A stretch of DNA of 63,584 nucleotides, counting the filler, from Hausera hauseri (taxonomy: Eukaryota), in the NCBI GenBank assembly GCA_046269625.1. It is 11 parts of 11 records of this genome, joined end to end, with 100 filler letters (N's around TTAATTAATTAA, not from the genome) between each part and the next. Parts side by side here need not be neighbours in the genome. Positions count along the whole stretch, not along the records: positions 32,511 to 39,549 come from JBJURY010041999.1; positions 39,650 to 46,009 come from JBJURY010107653.1; positions 46,110 to 51,569 come from JBJURY010249736.1; 8 more parts are not named here. The stretch is one strand, 5' to 3'. The notes under the pieces were generated by a model that made no database searches, was not told where the DNA came from, and saw nothing but the letters and a program-made list of their open reading frames with translations. Position 1 is the stretch's first letter, and each line of letters opens with the position of its first letter. Both the position numbers and the translations under genes were made by a program. This document shows, piece by piece, positions 35,501 through 47,270 of the stretch.

Positions 35501-38026
35501 GATAGTGAATCTCTTGAAACTTTAGATGAATCTAATAATGATGCTGTATGTCCCCGAAAGGTCGATTATAGAACTTCGGAACGAATTCAACAGCCTTTAA
35601 TAAATTCATCGATTGAAGAAGACGCAAAAGGACCTTTTATTGGATTGCCCGAAGGTGACAGCCAAAGAACGTTGAGTGATGTATTAGAAATTCAAAAAGA
35701 TAGTGGAGCTTTAATAGCAATTCGTGATAAAGGAGACATTGAGAGATATGACCAAGTGCGTCCATCAGACATAAAAAATGAAACGAGAGATGACAATCTA
35801 GAGAAATTCGGAGAAGACATAACTAAAGAGCATGCCATAATAAATGAATTTCAATCTACATCTAAAGAAATCGAACCAACTAACCTTGCTTATGAGTCCG
35901 AATTATCAGAAGTTTTTTCGGAAAAATCAAATACATTGATGCCGAACGTTTGTGCACTACCGACCTGTATTGGTATTAGTAGAAAAGATACTACATATGA
36001 TGAAGCGTTTGAAGGAAATATGGAAGAGCCCTGTCAACCCGGTATCAAGGCAGCTGACGTTGATGATGAAATATCAAGTCAGAATTTTGGTGATAATTAC
36101 TCTCCGTCTCAATTGGCAGAAAAGACCGAAACATTTACATCACTTAAAGATGAGGTCGTAGATAATGTTGCTCCATTCATTTTAGAAAAGCCTGAGGAGA
36201 TTGACGAAATTAATGAAAGTCTACATCGAAGAGATAAAAATGAATCAATTAATATTATTGCCGAAAAATGTCATGATGGTCACTTTGGTGAAATTATAGG
36301 TTTTGAAAACGACCCACTCAATGGAACAAATAATGACCGAAGAACTGCTGAAGAAGTTCGTCAGCCGGCATATGTATATTTCATTGAAGAAAATGAACAA
36401 GAAGGAATGGCTGGATACTCCGGAGGTGAATTAGGAATTCAAAAACGTGAGGATGCTTTGGCTGTAAATTTCGGCAAAGAGAATTACAATGAATATGATG
36501 AAATGAAATCGTCAAATAATTCTACAGAGGAAGGAATTCCTGGTAGCACCAAATTAAATGAATCTCGAATAGACATAGTTAAATCTATTTTGCAAAATGT
36601 CAGGAATGTAGAGCATGGTGTATCTAAGTTGGACGAAGTTACAGAAAACGATGAAACACAAGCTGGAAAAGTAGTTTCTTTAGAATCACCAAGGCAAAAT
36701 GAATTAGAGGACACTACAGAAGAATTGCAAAGTATTTCTAACCAGAATTTTGAAAAAGCTGATACACACTATTACAAGATGTATGCCGCAACTTCTAGTT
36801 CACTTGATGAACCTGTCGTTGGTACACAACATTTTGAATCCATGATATTTGAAGAAATGCAATCCAAATCACTAGGTCCAGAGTCCGGGTTGTCTGAAAA
36901 TGTAATGAAAATGCCAGGTATGTATTCAGGTCAATCAAATGTTTCCAAACCAGTTGTTGATGATGAGTCATATGATTATGTCTTTCCGAAAAGCGACGAA
37001 TCTGAGGTTACTGAAAATAGTTTAACTTACAGCGACGGTAACATTATTGACATGAAATCACCACATGACCCATCAGGTCCATCAGATAATGTTATGGATA
37101 AGGCGACATTTTATAGAAAGACTTGTGAATATCTAGAACTAGAATTAAATCTAAACACTACATCAGATTTGAATAAAGATTTCCAAAGACGAGATAGTCC
37201 GGCGTCTCTTCATGACAACTCCGTGCTGAATGAAGCCGAAAATTTTGATAAATACAATGTGGCACTTGATAAAACAGAAGTTCAGATTGTAGAAAACAGT
37301 TTACTTCCAAATGCTTCGAAAATTCCAACTGATCTTCAATCTAGTGAAGGTTTAGATGAAAGTGAACTAAATAAATCACCATCTCAGCAAGAAATCAATG
37401 CTCCATGTGAATGGGATGGTATCATGACAGCAGTGCCATCACTTCTGGATAACGCCGCTGAGAAAATGGGTCCAATCACTTCAGAAGTACGATCAAATAA
37501 TGAACATATATCTGAAGAACTATATCGATCAGATTTAATGGAACCTCTAGATAAGTCTCTCGAAAATTCCTCTGTTGAAACTTTAGGAAGTTCTAATAGC
37601 GTTGCTGTCTGTGTCCCAAACATTGGGTACAGTACTTCAGAACGAGTTGAACATTCTTCAGAAACTTCACCGGTTTACGGAAATGTTCAAGGACAATTGA
37701 TTTTCCAGCCGGAAGTTGAATCCCAGATCACTTTTGGCGACAAATTAGAATTTCAAAAAGATTTTGGAACTTTGCCTGTAATTCTCGACCAAGTTCAACC
37801 ATCGGACATTGAGAGAGAAATTAGAGATAATATTCATGATAATACTGAAGATGATTTAATTCAAATGCGCGCCATTCTAAATGAGTTCCAAATTGAAATG
37901 ACAGAGGCAATAGATGCAAATGAAAATATGGTGCCAAATGTCGAGAATATTGAAACGGTCGAGCCTACAGAAAATGATGAAATGCAACAAACTCGTGAAA
38001 TGCCAAGAGAAAAGTTGGGGGAATGA
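32525..38026 (+). CDS. Very large acidic low-complexity protein or exon (1833 aa or more) with diverged internal repeats
   Basis: 5.5-kb stop-free frame in AT-rich DNA, rich in E/D/S/N; open toward the contig start. Confidence 0.75.
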   Translation: MSDSETESICIESDIEMNIVKRESHEILRVTSQDDDDVFYTPLDFKEKEWVNIKVEHVPPKDQSIDQSSICGEISQLNSNNNAVDVTDIIPSDPSKEEANILPSDTVDEDMTIRTLSVNSKSNSCQSREDSEDEIVIRQLDNNINAQSQYEIELLLPDVPQLPDVQNVDSAGSPNVKKVITKDHGIIKSDDIIPSNDSVQNVEEVKNTEDKIADFNKSPELNAPFAENLVPKQKMETSEEIAEALRTCGPDFTLEITEELLVKPVDRTAERSIENVSMDKMRFQNQDYNESEIKQDIEIEGLPLQKTGAEPCLRNLHVKDEDYITMQNADNFASELEEKDGPHDILIDAVENVEGRLKMTQYGSEELELLNELNEGLYRDKSFGVCIDNEVVKSSNSSYIIVTDVSKDVHDSAELVHKPALLLTVEGVEKAKSTGEPQVESHKMLDDKFESQADGEALTSVRGTENVTIFDQVRASDMEKEIVKNAEKSDGDYSNESTILRETTKANESILQNISAMHPGESSNLREGEDEFAQNNLSEGATEIIMVELIGGTRKALDGMSELNTVSSDDSKDQYSTEDILKAKLKVELVCDEIQFAEGPNEINDSSLVKVAESDDKNNVVLKETESQIIDNRSHISNSKIEAFPPTHKDVEGPQSHITEIEGVSDSIENLDNEILEHAHLKSFAEPCHGEFVGYPYKNVFVGDSSTNSGNLNLNSYKENENDIVTEEALSKFDPSQVAKCKIQNDEEHPIGVEIGKHLLSTEVSEIDEKQRGISKDLTTEGKSIKIEGQIGENISFDGKEAEENTKILTENVTDVDSSSILEERPEIDEVNRSSDICDKSEFKTPDDIKISENVENIKNSDVDVSESRQAAENVDTNIEKVMTHDSGNGANQYSADIIRIKESKYTADKFPAIHGHDSEKANKDVVKERDEISRQDIKEMEFDYTITVVPSLQDNAANKIGLFTSEEQVDAEKLYESDVKEPIDKSLEICLDSESLETLDESNNDAVCPRKVDYRTSERIQQPLINSSIEEDAKGPFIGLPEGDSQRTLSDVLEIQKDSGALIAIRDKGDIERYDQVRPSDIKNETRDDNLEKFGEDITKEHAIINEFQSTSKEIEPTNLAYESELSEVFSEKSNTLMPNVCALPTCIGISRKDTTYDEAFEGNMEEPCQPGIKAADVDDEISSQNFGDNYSPSQLAEKTETFTSLKDEVVDNVAPFILEKPEEIDEINESLHRRDKNESINIIAEKCHDGHFGEIIGFENDPLNGTNNDRRTAEEVRQPAYVYFIEENEQEGMAGYSGGELGIQKREDALAVNFGKENYNEYDEMKSSNNSTEEGIPGSTKLNESRIDIVKSILQNVRNVEHGVSKLDEVTENDETQAGKVVSLESPRQNELEDTTEELQSISNQNFEKADTHYYKMYAATSSSLDEPVVGTQHFESMIFEEMQSKSLGPESGLSENVMKMPGMYSGQSNVSKPVVDDESYDYVFPKSDESEVTENSLTYSDGNIIDMKSPHDPSGPSDNVMDKATFYRKTCEYLELELNLNTTSDLNKDFQRRDSPASLHDNSVLNEAENFDKYNVALDKTEVQIVENSLLPNASKIPTDLQSSEGLDESELNKSPSQQEINAPCEWDGIMTAVPSLLDNAAEKMGPITSEVRSNNEHISEELYRSDLMEPLDKSLENSSVETLGSSNSVAVCVPNIGYSTSERVEHSSETSPVYGNVQGQLIFQPEVESQITFGDKLEFQKDFGTLPVILDQVQPSDIEREIRDNIHDNTEDDLIQMRAILNEFQIEMTEAIDANENMVPNVENIETVEPTENDEMQQTREMPREKLGE

Positions 38027-38332
38027 ATCAATCGTGAAAAATCTATTTTCAAAACGAACAGTGATTTTGTAGCGGCAGCAAGTTGAGCAGCGGTAAGCGT
38101 TCTCAGAGGTAACATAATGGCTATCAATCCCGGTGAATCTAAGAAACAACAAATGTTTATTTGGAATAACATCTTTTTTGCACTGGGCTTTGATATTAAA
38201 GATTATTACAAAAATTTTGGCGGTGATGCTGCGGCTTATGCTGCTAACATAAACGATCTGAATGGTGTAAGGGCTTATTCAGCACTCGATATTCCCGGAC
38301 TTTGTACACTTGGAACAGCTGTTATAGATTAC
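37973..38332 (+). pseudogene. CLUH: Clustered mitochondria protein (CLUH/Clu1) CLU-domain fragment
   Basis: [72 protein letters not shown]...NDLNGVRAY...TLGTAVIDY. Confidence 0.88.
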
Positions 38333-38669
38333 ATTATTTATTACAATTATTATTATTACAATGACATTGAAAACAATAAGCAACGGTGGATTGAATTGCA
38401 AAAATGAAAGGAACGTTTTTGATTTATTTGTTAAATGTACTAAACATTTTATCAGTTAGACAATCGTTTGTTTCGGATTTAATGTTCTACATACGACTTA
38501 ATTTATTAACCGAAAAGGACGTACAAACAATTAAGTTTTGCAAACTACTGAAGCCAAACACCGAATTTTATCGAGTTATGGAGAATTGGCCACAAATTTC
38601 AGATAATTTATCAGATAAAGATAAAGTAGCCAAACTCAATTTGCCGAACGTTCCACATGATTTTGTAAA

Positions 38670-39060
38670 TATCGAAACAATGACCGGTGATAACAAATAC
38701 AACTCTTCATCATGTTTTAAAAAATGCGACAATGAACGGCAAACCGTGTTGCGACAATTACCACAGATACTGTGCTGTCAAATTCTGCGCTATTTGTACG
38801 ACAATTTTGGTAAAAAGAAAAAAAAGTTATTTTTTAAGTACTCTGCTCACATCGAAGTTTGTGGGTGGATAAGAGACCGACAATAGTAAACACGAGTATG
38901 TCACCAAAGCAATCTTAATACATATCAAATCTAAACCAATTAGAGTTCATTATCAAACCTTGATCAATGACTCGAATAAGGGATGGATTTTTTATGACGA
39001 TCTTAATGTACAAAAATTAGAATGCTTGGAACAGGTTCAAAAAATATTAAGATCAAAAGT
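38670..39060 (+). pseudogene. Ubiquitin-specific protease (C19, USP48-like) fragment
   Basis: MTGDNKY...LRQLPQILCCQILRYLYD...KKKK, then after a frameshift a His-box-like AILIH...HY...WIFYDD. Confidence 0.65.
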
Positions 39061-39649
39061 TCTGTCGTCAAAGTCAGAAAATAATGGCGTTTAAAAGTCA
39101 AATAAAGATAAAAATACGTCACAATTCACACCACATTTACTGGACAGATTAGCAATTGAATATTCCAGTCGGTATCTCATGAGTCATATGAGTCACATGC
39201 TCAACGTTAAAAATTTGTTCCATGACGACGGTGCTAATAATTACCGTGATGACGCAGCGGTGGCGTTTGAACAACAACATGTATTCAAAACGTTAAATGA
39301 AATTCACAAAATTATCGGCACAATTCACAAAAAAATCACGATGTTGAAATTTAGCGAATGTTCAATTCTTTTCGACCTAAAGACTTATTGTCGATTCAAA
39401 ATATTAAAAATATTTTTGCTATCGCAGATTGTCTTACGTCTCATTTTAAAGATCGTCAGTCAAACTTAAATCACTAGAAAGAATCAATAAGTATTTGGCT
39501 AAATGAAGTCTTCCTTTCTGAAACCGATCATATACAACGTTACTCGTCCNNNNNNNNNNNNNNNNNNNNNNNNNNNNNNNNNNNNNNNNNNNNTTAATTA
39601 ATTAANNNNNNNNNNNNNNNNNNNNNNNNNNNNNNNNNNNNNNNNNNNN

Positions 39650-42060
39650 TCCGGTGGTCCCTGCAGACATTCCGAAAACTGCTGTTATTACACCTTTCGG
39701 CCTTTTCGAATACCTCTTCATGCCTTTTGGACTCCGTAGCGCTTCCCAGACCTTCCAAAGGCGTATTGATACAGTTCTCTCAGGTTTAGACGTTGCTTAT
39801 CTCTATTTCGATGATATCCTAATTGCATCATCTTCCTCGAAACAACACTCCGAGCACTTACGTTTAATCTTTCAGCTTCTGCACCAAAACAACTTGCAAA
39901 TTAATTTCTCCAAGTGCTTTTATTCAACATAAAATCAACTTCCTAGGACATGTTATTAGCTCCTTTGGATATTCACCTCAACCAGAGCGCATCACACAGC
40001 TCAAAAACATACAGCTACAACGTACATTAACAGAGATGTGTACTTTCCTCGGAACCTTGCACTTTATTCATAAGTATATTCTGCACTGCTCCACTCTAAC
40101 TGTTCCATTTGCATCACTAAGCTCTGGCAAGAAAACACAGCATATTCAATGGACCGCCAAGCTAGTCAACGATTTTGATCACCTCAAAGATAATCTAAAA
40201 CCGTGGAAATCCTGGCCTATCCCGACTCCCATGCAGAACTCTTCTTAACCACGAACGCATCCATAACAGCTGCAGGTGCTGTCCTCCATAAAGTCAAAAA
40301 TGGATCCCATGAGCCATGAGAATTCTATTCTCGAAAATTCACGGCACAAGAGCAAAGACATTCCACCTTTGACAGCGAGTTGCTTGCAATTGTCCTTGCC
40401 TTAAAACACTTTAAGCATCTGCTAAACGCACGAACTTTTACAATGCAAACGGGCTACAAGCTCTTGCTTCAAATTCTCACCGTGAAATCGCCTTCTCCAC
40501 GTCAGGAGAGGCAAATATCGTATTTGTCCACATTTAATTTTGTCATTAAGCATATAAACGGAGTTGACAATTTAGTAGCTGACTTTTTGTCCCGATCTGT
40601 CAGCTCGATTGATGTTACTCCAATTTTCCCTCAGTCCAAACTTCAACAAAACCAACCACCTTCTGACATCCTTAAATCTTTCAAATCGTGCAAAACCATC
40701 GACGGTATGGCCTTTGACACCTCTAAACCTAATAATCCTAAAATCATCCTTTCTGAATCGCTTCAAAAAGAAGCATTGATCAACATCCATTCATTGCACC
40801 ATCCTGGTGCCAAGGCCACTTTTCAATTCATACAACGCCAAGTAGTATGGCCATCGATGCGCTCTATGTGCAGGCATGGGTTAGGCGGTGCGTGGCATGC
40901 AAAAATATAAAGTTACTAAGCCACTTAAAGCACCTGCACGTCTCGTTTTTGAATCTGTTCACATTGATATTGTAGGCCCACTACCTTTAGACAACGGCCA
41001 TCAGTTCATCCTCACAATGATGGACCGTTCCTCGCGATTGCCAGAGGCTGTCCCGCTTTGGAGCACCAACACAGAAACAATTTTAGACGTTTTCATCCTC
41101 ACTACGATCAGCAGGTTTGGATCACCTCGCCACATCCACCTATTTAAAGGTCTTGTCAATCGATTTGGAATTAACCACATTCACACGACACCATATCATC
41201 CTCAATCAAATGACCTTCTTGAACGCTTTCACCGAACGATGAAAACGTCCCTCAAAATCCTTGCTGAGTCAAATCGCAGTTGGACTACACTCCTTCCGTA
41301 CGTTCTGCTTGGCTGGCGGAACACACCATCTACTTTTACAAGCTATTCACCTGCAAAAGCATTATTTGGCAGTTCTATCATACCATTATTCGAGCTGGCT
41401 GAGTTGGACAATATTCCTACGGACTAAACCATAAAAGCGGCCCAGAGACACTTCGTTGCGATCAGCAAAGACTCATTTTGTAGACTATTACACGGAAATA
41501 AACCTTAAATACCCGACGATTTATATACTACCAAGTTCGTATGGCTAAAGAAGCAGACGCCGCGTGGTTTTCAACCTCAGCATGTTGGCCCTTACAAAGT
41601 AATTCGATTACACTCTCACAACATCATCATTCTCAAGGACGACAAAGGAATAACAGTCCAGATCAATAACGCTAAGCCGGCTTTCTTCATTGACGATACG
41701 TCTCCAATCGAAACCACTTCTCCACCAACATTTTTACACGACGCGCAGCAATCCAACAATTCACCTTCCATCTCTGCTAAATTCTTTAACCCACATTCCC
41801 GTACGTTTTCTCCCAAGATCTCTACTTCAATTTTTTCTGACACTTCAGCCTTTTTTTCCTCATCCGATTTTGCACCTTCAAGCCTTTTCACACCTCCTTC
41901 ATCCCCTGGTGACAACCTGCTTTCTCCTTTCACAAGACCTCCTCCGCCAAACACCACTTCGACTTCACCAATCACTTTATCTTTTTGCTCTTTTCCGCTT
42001 TGTCCCTCTTCGCCGTCTTTTCTCTCCCTCTGTCTTTCTCCTTTGTTGCTGGTACGAGGG
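39650..42060 (+). mobile_element. Degenerate gypsy RT-RNase H-integrase with S/P/T tail
   Basis: KTAVITPFGLFEYLFMPFGL, YFDD, DNLVADFLSR, HSLHHPG, VHIDIVGPLP, TTPYHPQSNDLLERFHR. Confidence 0.93.
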
Positions 42061-45049
42061 TTATCGCTAACCTTAACTTGTACCGACATGTAAAGTGACA
42101 TCAATCTTGTCCGCAATTTGCCTCGTTATCTATCTTCGTTTATTCGTTTATATGATTCTGATATATCCAATCTATCGGTTACGTATCTGAAGGTTTTTGT
42201 GAGTCTATGGCGGACTTATTATCTCCTTAATATTATCATTAGAGATATAATTGCGTTCGTGCAGACACTTTCGTGTTATCCTCGAAAAGCATGTAGGATC
42301 ATAAATCTGCATTATGCTCCGTCAATTTTAATAAGATGTTGTTGTGGTAACCATGTTAAATAAACAATCTATAACAATCTATAAGACTACCTATTATTGT
42401 ACGTCGAGTCAAATGCTGCTATCTCAGTCGCAATTTACTCATTTGTATTGTTTTATTAGATTTTCAAAGAATTCATCTTTGATACCTCTTTAAGAAGATA
42501 TTGTCGATGATTCCATTTTCCATCATAACATTCCAAAGTTTGCTAGTTGTATAAAAATGTAACCCCTTCTTCTTATAAATACTAATCCATCAAATCAACA
42601 TATGTTTCTCATTCAAATCCAAAGCTGACGTTAATTTACTATCAATAATATTTTTATAGCCTGCACTTAATGTCTATTAGGAATGGAAATTTCGTAAATT
42701 TCTTATTGAATCTCTAATCCACCGTTTGGTTCAACTCCACCGTTAGGCTTAACAAATGAGTTTATACAGCAGTTAATTTTAAGCTTCTTTCTTTATCTAT
42801 ATCCTCCTCACTTTTCTTTGTTATTCGTCACTGACAACCATCCTCAATTATATGTTGCTATCTCCCCTGAATTTATTCGATAGTTCTCTAATTATTATAC
42901 TAAGCTATATTATTAAAATAAAATACATTTATAATGTTATAGTCGCAACATTGGCCGTAATGATCTAGATTCAGCATTTCAAGAAAGTTTTTAAAGTTAA
43001 ATTCATTCAATTCGGCCATCGCTTGAGAATAAATAATCGTAACGATATGGATTCAAGACCTTTGGCGGTGAGCTATTTTCTTTGTCTGAAATGAGCATTC
43101 CTCAGTCAATTATTTATCTGCAAGAGAATTTGTCATAATTAATCTGAACCGTCGGTACACAAAAATTAGATTTAACGTATTAGTACTCAAAAACTATTAA
43201 CTGCTGTTCTCTTAGCGTATTATCGTCAACTTTTATCCATGTGATTCGGAATTAAACACAAAAACCTGAATGGCATGGATACCATATAAGAATTAACGAT
43301 ATTATTGCATACAGTTTTCTAAACGCAACTACATGAACCACAGTACAATTGACATGAGAAATCGCCCGATTCATTGAGTTCCTATATGTCTTATGATTAA
43401 CTCTTACATACATAATAAAATCTTTTTAGTTCTTAATTACGACTCATATACTCAAAACGTACAATCCGTCGTCTATAAAACTATGAAGCTTGATTGCTAT
43501 GTACAATATAAACCTAATGGTCTCAACCATCCCATCGTCAACATAAGCGTTTGAATTACTAATTGTCTGACTCCCAATCTCATCATCACATTAACACTTT
43601 TTATTAAACACTATCAACACTCTTACCATACCCCGTATTTCTTATCGATTAAGCTTAACATTATAAGAGGTCTACCATAACCCTACTACCATTTATTATT
43701 ATCTTATTGAAACTGGCTCTTCCTGGGTGATAAGTGACAGAATTTTTACGTTGCTCCTGACCACACGTACACACATCATAATTTTAACCACTACTCGTTT
43801 GGCAATTGCAACATCTCGGGTCAGAATAATCTCTTGGGCTAAATGAGAAGATTTGATGAAACATCAATTTCCTGCCATTTACAATTTATCGATCGTCAGC
43901 TCGGTCATCTCTTGTCATCTCAATGAAACTCGCTTTCATCATGAAATTTTCTAACCCGATCTATTCAACGTCGCTTCAGAATGAATTTGGAGGGGTTCTT
44001 GAAGCCGTTATCAATCTCTTTTACTATATAATATTTGTACTATCAATGTGATTATGTTCACTTATAACCAAAATCGGTTCCAGCATATTGAAATATTTAT
44101 CATCATAAATTTTATTATACAACAAAATAAATACAACAATTTTATTGGCGGCATTAGATAAAAAGTTTTCCTGATCTCCCGAATGGTCATTCATTTCTGC
44201 GTTCATAATAATACTAATAGGTTCAAATAATTATAATTCAATTTTCTTTCAATTTTAGTATTCTGAATTCTTGCGACTGTGGATTATATCAAAAGGTCGC
44301 GTTATATTTCTTCTGTAATCGTTCTATATACAATTACTAACGAAATATCTAATTCAACGTACCAGTGGAATCTAGCTCAAGATTCTTCAAGGTTTACTGG
44401 ATCAACTAAAAGTTCCGATTTATGGTTTCTAAATTTTGTTTTTAGCGTGTTTGTTTTATTTATTTGTCTACCTTTTATAGTCTCATAAATTAACACCCGC
44501 AAACCGACCCGACACGCACCATGATTTGTAAAAATCAATTTTCATAAACGACGATCAAACCACCCACTGTTATTCTTCGTGATTTACCGTTCATCTATTC
44601 TCAAAAATCACCATTCATCAATTCTCAAATTATCATTATGTTAATTCTAAAATGGATTGTCGGTTTTTTCAATAATCATTATCAGAATCATCAAATTCCA
44701 ATCTGTTTTGTAAGATTAAAGTAGCATACCATAAATCATCTTGACATTTATAATTATAATATTTCTAACTATAATGTTTCTATTATCATTTTACCTTACC
44801 TATCATTGTTGCCGCATTATGGTTAACAATCTTACGTACAGATAACAGGAGGCTGAGACACCCATCACACGGGTTCACAAAATATCAAGGAAGGTGACGT
44901 ACAATTTATTTGAAATCACAACTACAACAAAGTCAAATGTCCAGAATTGTCCAGTTAAAATGTACAAAATAAATGTTAATTCAAAATAAATTGTTAATTG
45001 TTCAAAGTATCAATCGTCAGTATTGGGTCTTAGTCAGTATTGAGTCTCA

Positions 45050-46009
45050 ACACTTTCCACACCTTCCTCATCTTCGGCGCTTTCTTTCTCCCTTTTTCCT
45101 CACACATCGTATTTTACCCCTTTCGTTTCCGCTTCGCAACTTCCTCGTCTCTCTACTTCTATCCCTACCTCTTTCCTGCTCTCCACCACTACCTCTGTTT
45201 CATCTTCCACTTTTACTCTTTCGCCGAATACAATTCCAACTTCTACTCCAATATTCATCTCTCTTCCTTTATCCACCACTACACATTTTATCATTCCTTT
45301 GTCTTCCAACACTCTTAAACACCTTCAACAGTCTGTCTCCAACAATATTTCTTCCTCCTTTACCTTCTCTTTATTCTGACTCATCTACGCACGACACAGC
45401 ACTTACAACCAAATCTGACAATTTCTTTCCCCAACTTCAATCTCTGCAGGCAAACACATAGCATAAAGACAAAACACGCAGAGTCACATTTAGCAAGCAT
45501 AGCAGGGAAAAATCAGAAGAAAGCACCTAACGTCTTGTTCACACTAAGACCAACTGACAGACACATTTTCGTTTGGCGATTTTTTCTTTCTGTCTCTTTT
45601 ACTCTTTATAGTTTTCTTTTTGCCACAGGGTAGGGGATGATGTGGTGCCCACAGCGGTCGGTGCCCTTTGGTCCATTTGGTCGGGCACGGCCGGGCTTTC
45701 GTTCTTGCCGCGTCTGGCCCATAATCGGTCCCGATCTTCCGCCTCAAAAATTTCTGATTTTCGCTCAAATAAACCTCAGGCACCAAGATGACGCTGGACT
45801 CCAGACAAGCCTGTTTATACATGAGTCCGTTGATCGCGTTCTAAGCCATTGTGTTGCTCGTTATCCAGTATATTTACGGGATCAATTTGAACGAACTTCC
45901 GATCAAAACCAAAACCAATCTGGATTCTAGTTCGTTGTTTTGCAATGCTATTCGTCTTTATTCAGGGCCCCGTTGTTGTGTTTAGAATGGTTTACATGTT
46001 CATGTTGAT
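45050..46009 (+). mobile_element. 3' end of gypsy element: S/P/T tail, PPT (45621-45640) and LTR from 45641
   Basis: tttgccacagggtaggggatga|tgtggtgcccacagcgg; LTR homologous to 564-781. Confidence 0.75.
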
Positions 46010-46109
46010 NNNNNNNNNNNNNNNNNNNNNNNNNNNNNNNNNNNNNNNNNNNNTTAATTAATTAANNNNNNNNNNNNNNNNNNNNNNNNNNNNNNNNNNN
46101 NNNNNNNNN

Positions 46110-47016
46110 TGGACAGTAAAAATTATCAAAAGCTTGCGTTTTCGTTTATGCTAAAGGGGCGTGGCCAGGCCTCAAATTTGCGCGTCACGCCATAAATTTC
46201 AAACTGCTATAACTTTCACAATGAAAGACCGAAATGCACCAAACTTGGCATGAGTCATCCCTGTTGGATGCCCGACGATCCTTTGAGGTCATGTTGTGAC
46301 ATCATCGAAGCCCCGCCCCCTCAGAACAGGAAGTCACTTTTTTTACTTGGAAGGCTCCCTCTCTGACACCCTGAAACTAACCAGGATGATCCTGTGTCAG
46401 AAGACATGTAACAAGTTGGTCTGACTTGCTTTAAAGCACAAACTGTTTTTGCTGGAGGATGTGGGCGTGGTGGCGTGACTATCTCAGATGTGACGCAGTC
46501 CCCATACGTTTGGCTGTAAATTCCACAGATTTGAACCGAGGTGCAACAAAATTGCAAAGATTGATCATTATCCACCACTTCAACAGGCGTCCATGATAAG
46601 TGGCCAATATTCTCCACAGCGCCCCCTATATTATTACTACAGTTATATCTCAGTGAAACATCATCCAATCTGCACGAGATTTGTTGTGCATCATCAGGGA
46701 GCAGTTCTAAATGCATTGATATTGTTGTGTAAATTTTGACTCCAGTGCGCCCTCCTATCTCAGTGATACATAATCCCATCTACACCAGATTTTTTGTACT
46801 TGATCAATGAGCACTTGGAGAAAAATTGTATTGTTGATTCATGACATCACTTAAGCCCCGCCCACTCACACAAGAAACTCACGATTATTTGGTCACTCTT
46901 CCAGCTTCTGCCAGTGTAACATACAAGACTGAAACTGTATTCGCTAACTGTTCTGGGCAAACGGGTGCGGGATGGGCACTTGGCTGCGAGGGCCTCAATG
47001 CTGCTTGCAGCTTTAA
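46110..47016 (+). repeat. Teleost-type non-autonomous Helentron/HINE-like repeat, 3' end; related decayed copy at about 50900-51340
   Basis: Recurrent gggcgtggc, accaaacttgg and acaggaagt units and a terminal hairpin gctgcttgcagc-tttaat; family assignment is from recall. Confidence 0.45.
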
Positions 47017-47270
47017 TACTGATCTTATTCCTCAATTCCTTCTGCCCAACTGTCAACAATACAGTGATACTATTGTCCCATACTCTCCAGTCATGATTGG
47101 GTCTAAATCAAGAAACACAGAACTAACAACTAAAAGTAGTTTAATTTAGAATAAAATTAGTATGAGTAGGAGCTGCTGCTAATATGGCTGCCTGCTTCCA
47201 CATCACCTGAGAAAATAGTTGGATCTAAGTTCTGTATTAGATTAATGTCATTGTTGGGTTATTTTGACAG

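Noticed and set aside
41616-42116. Glu/Gly/Lys-rich minus-strand ORF (similar cases at 45100-45312, and alternative-frame ORF 44973-45461)
   Set aside because: Antisense or alternative-frame readings of the pyrimidine-rich gypsy tail.
42120-45000. AT-rich stretch with short ORFs (likewise 56650-58200 and 24990-25794)
   Set aside because: No recognisable motifs; may be decayed coding or repeat DNA, but I cannot support a call.
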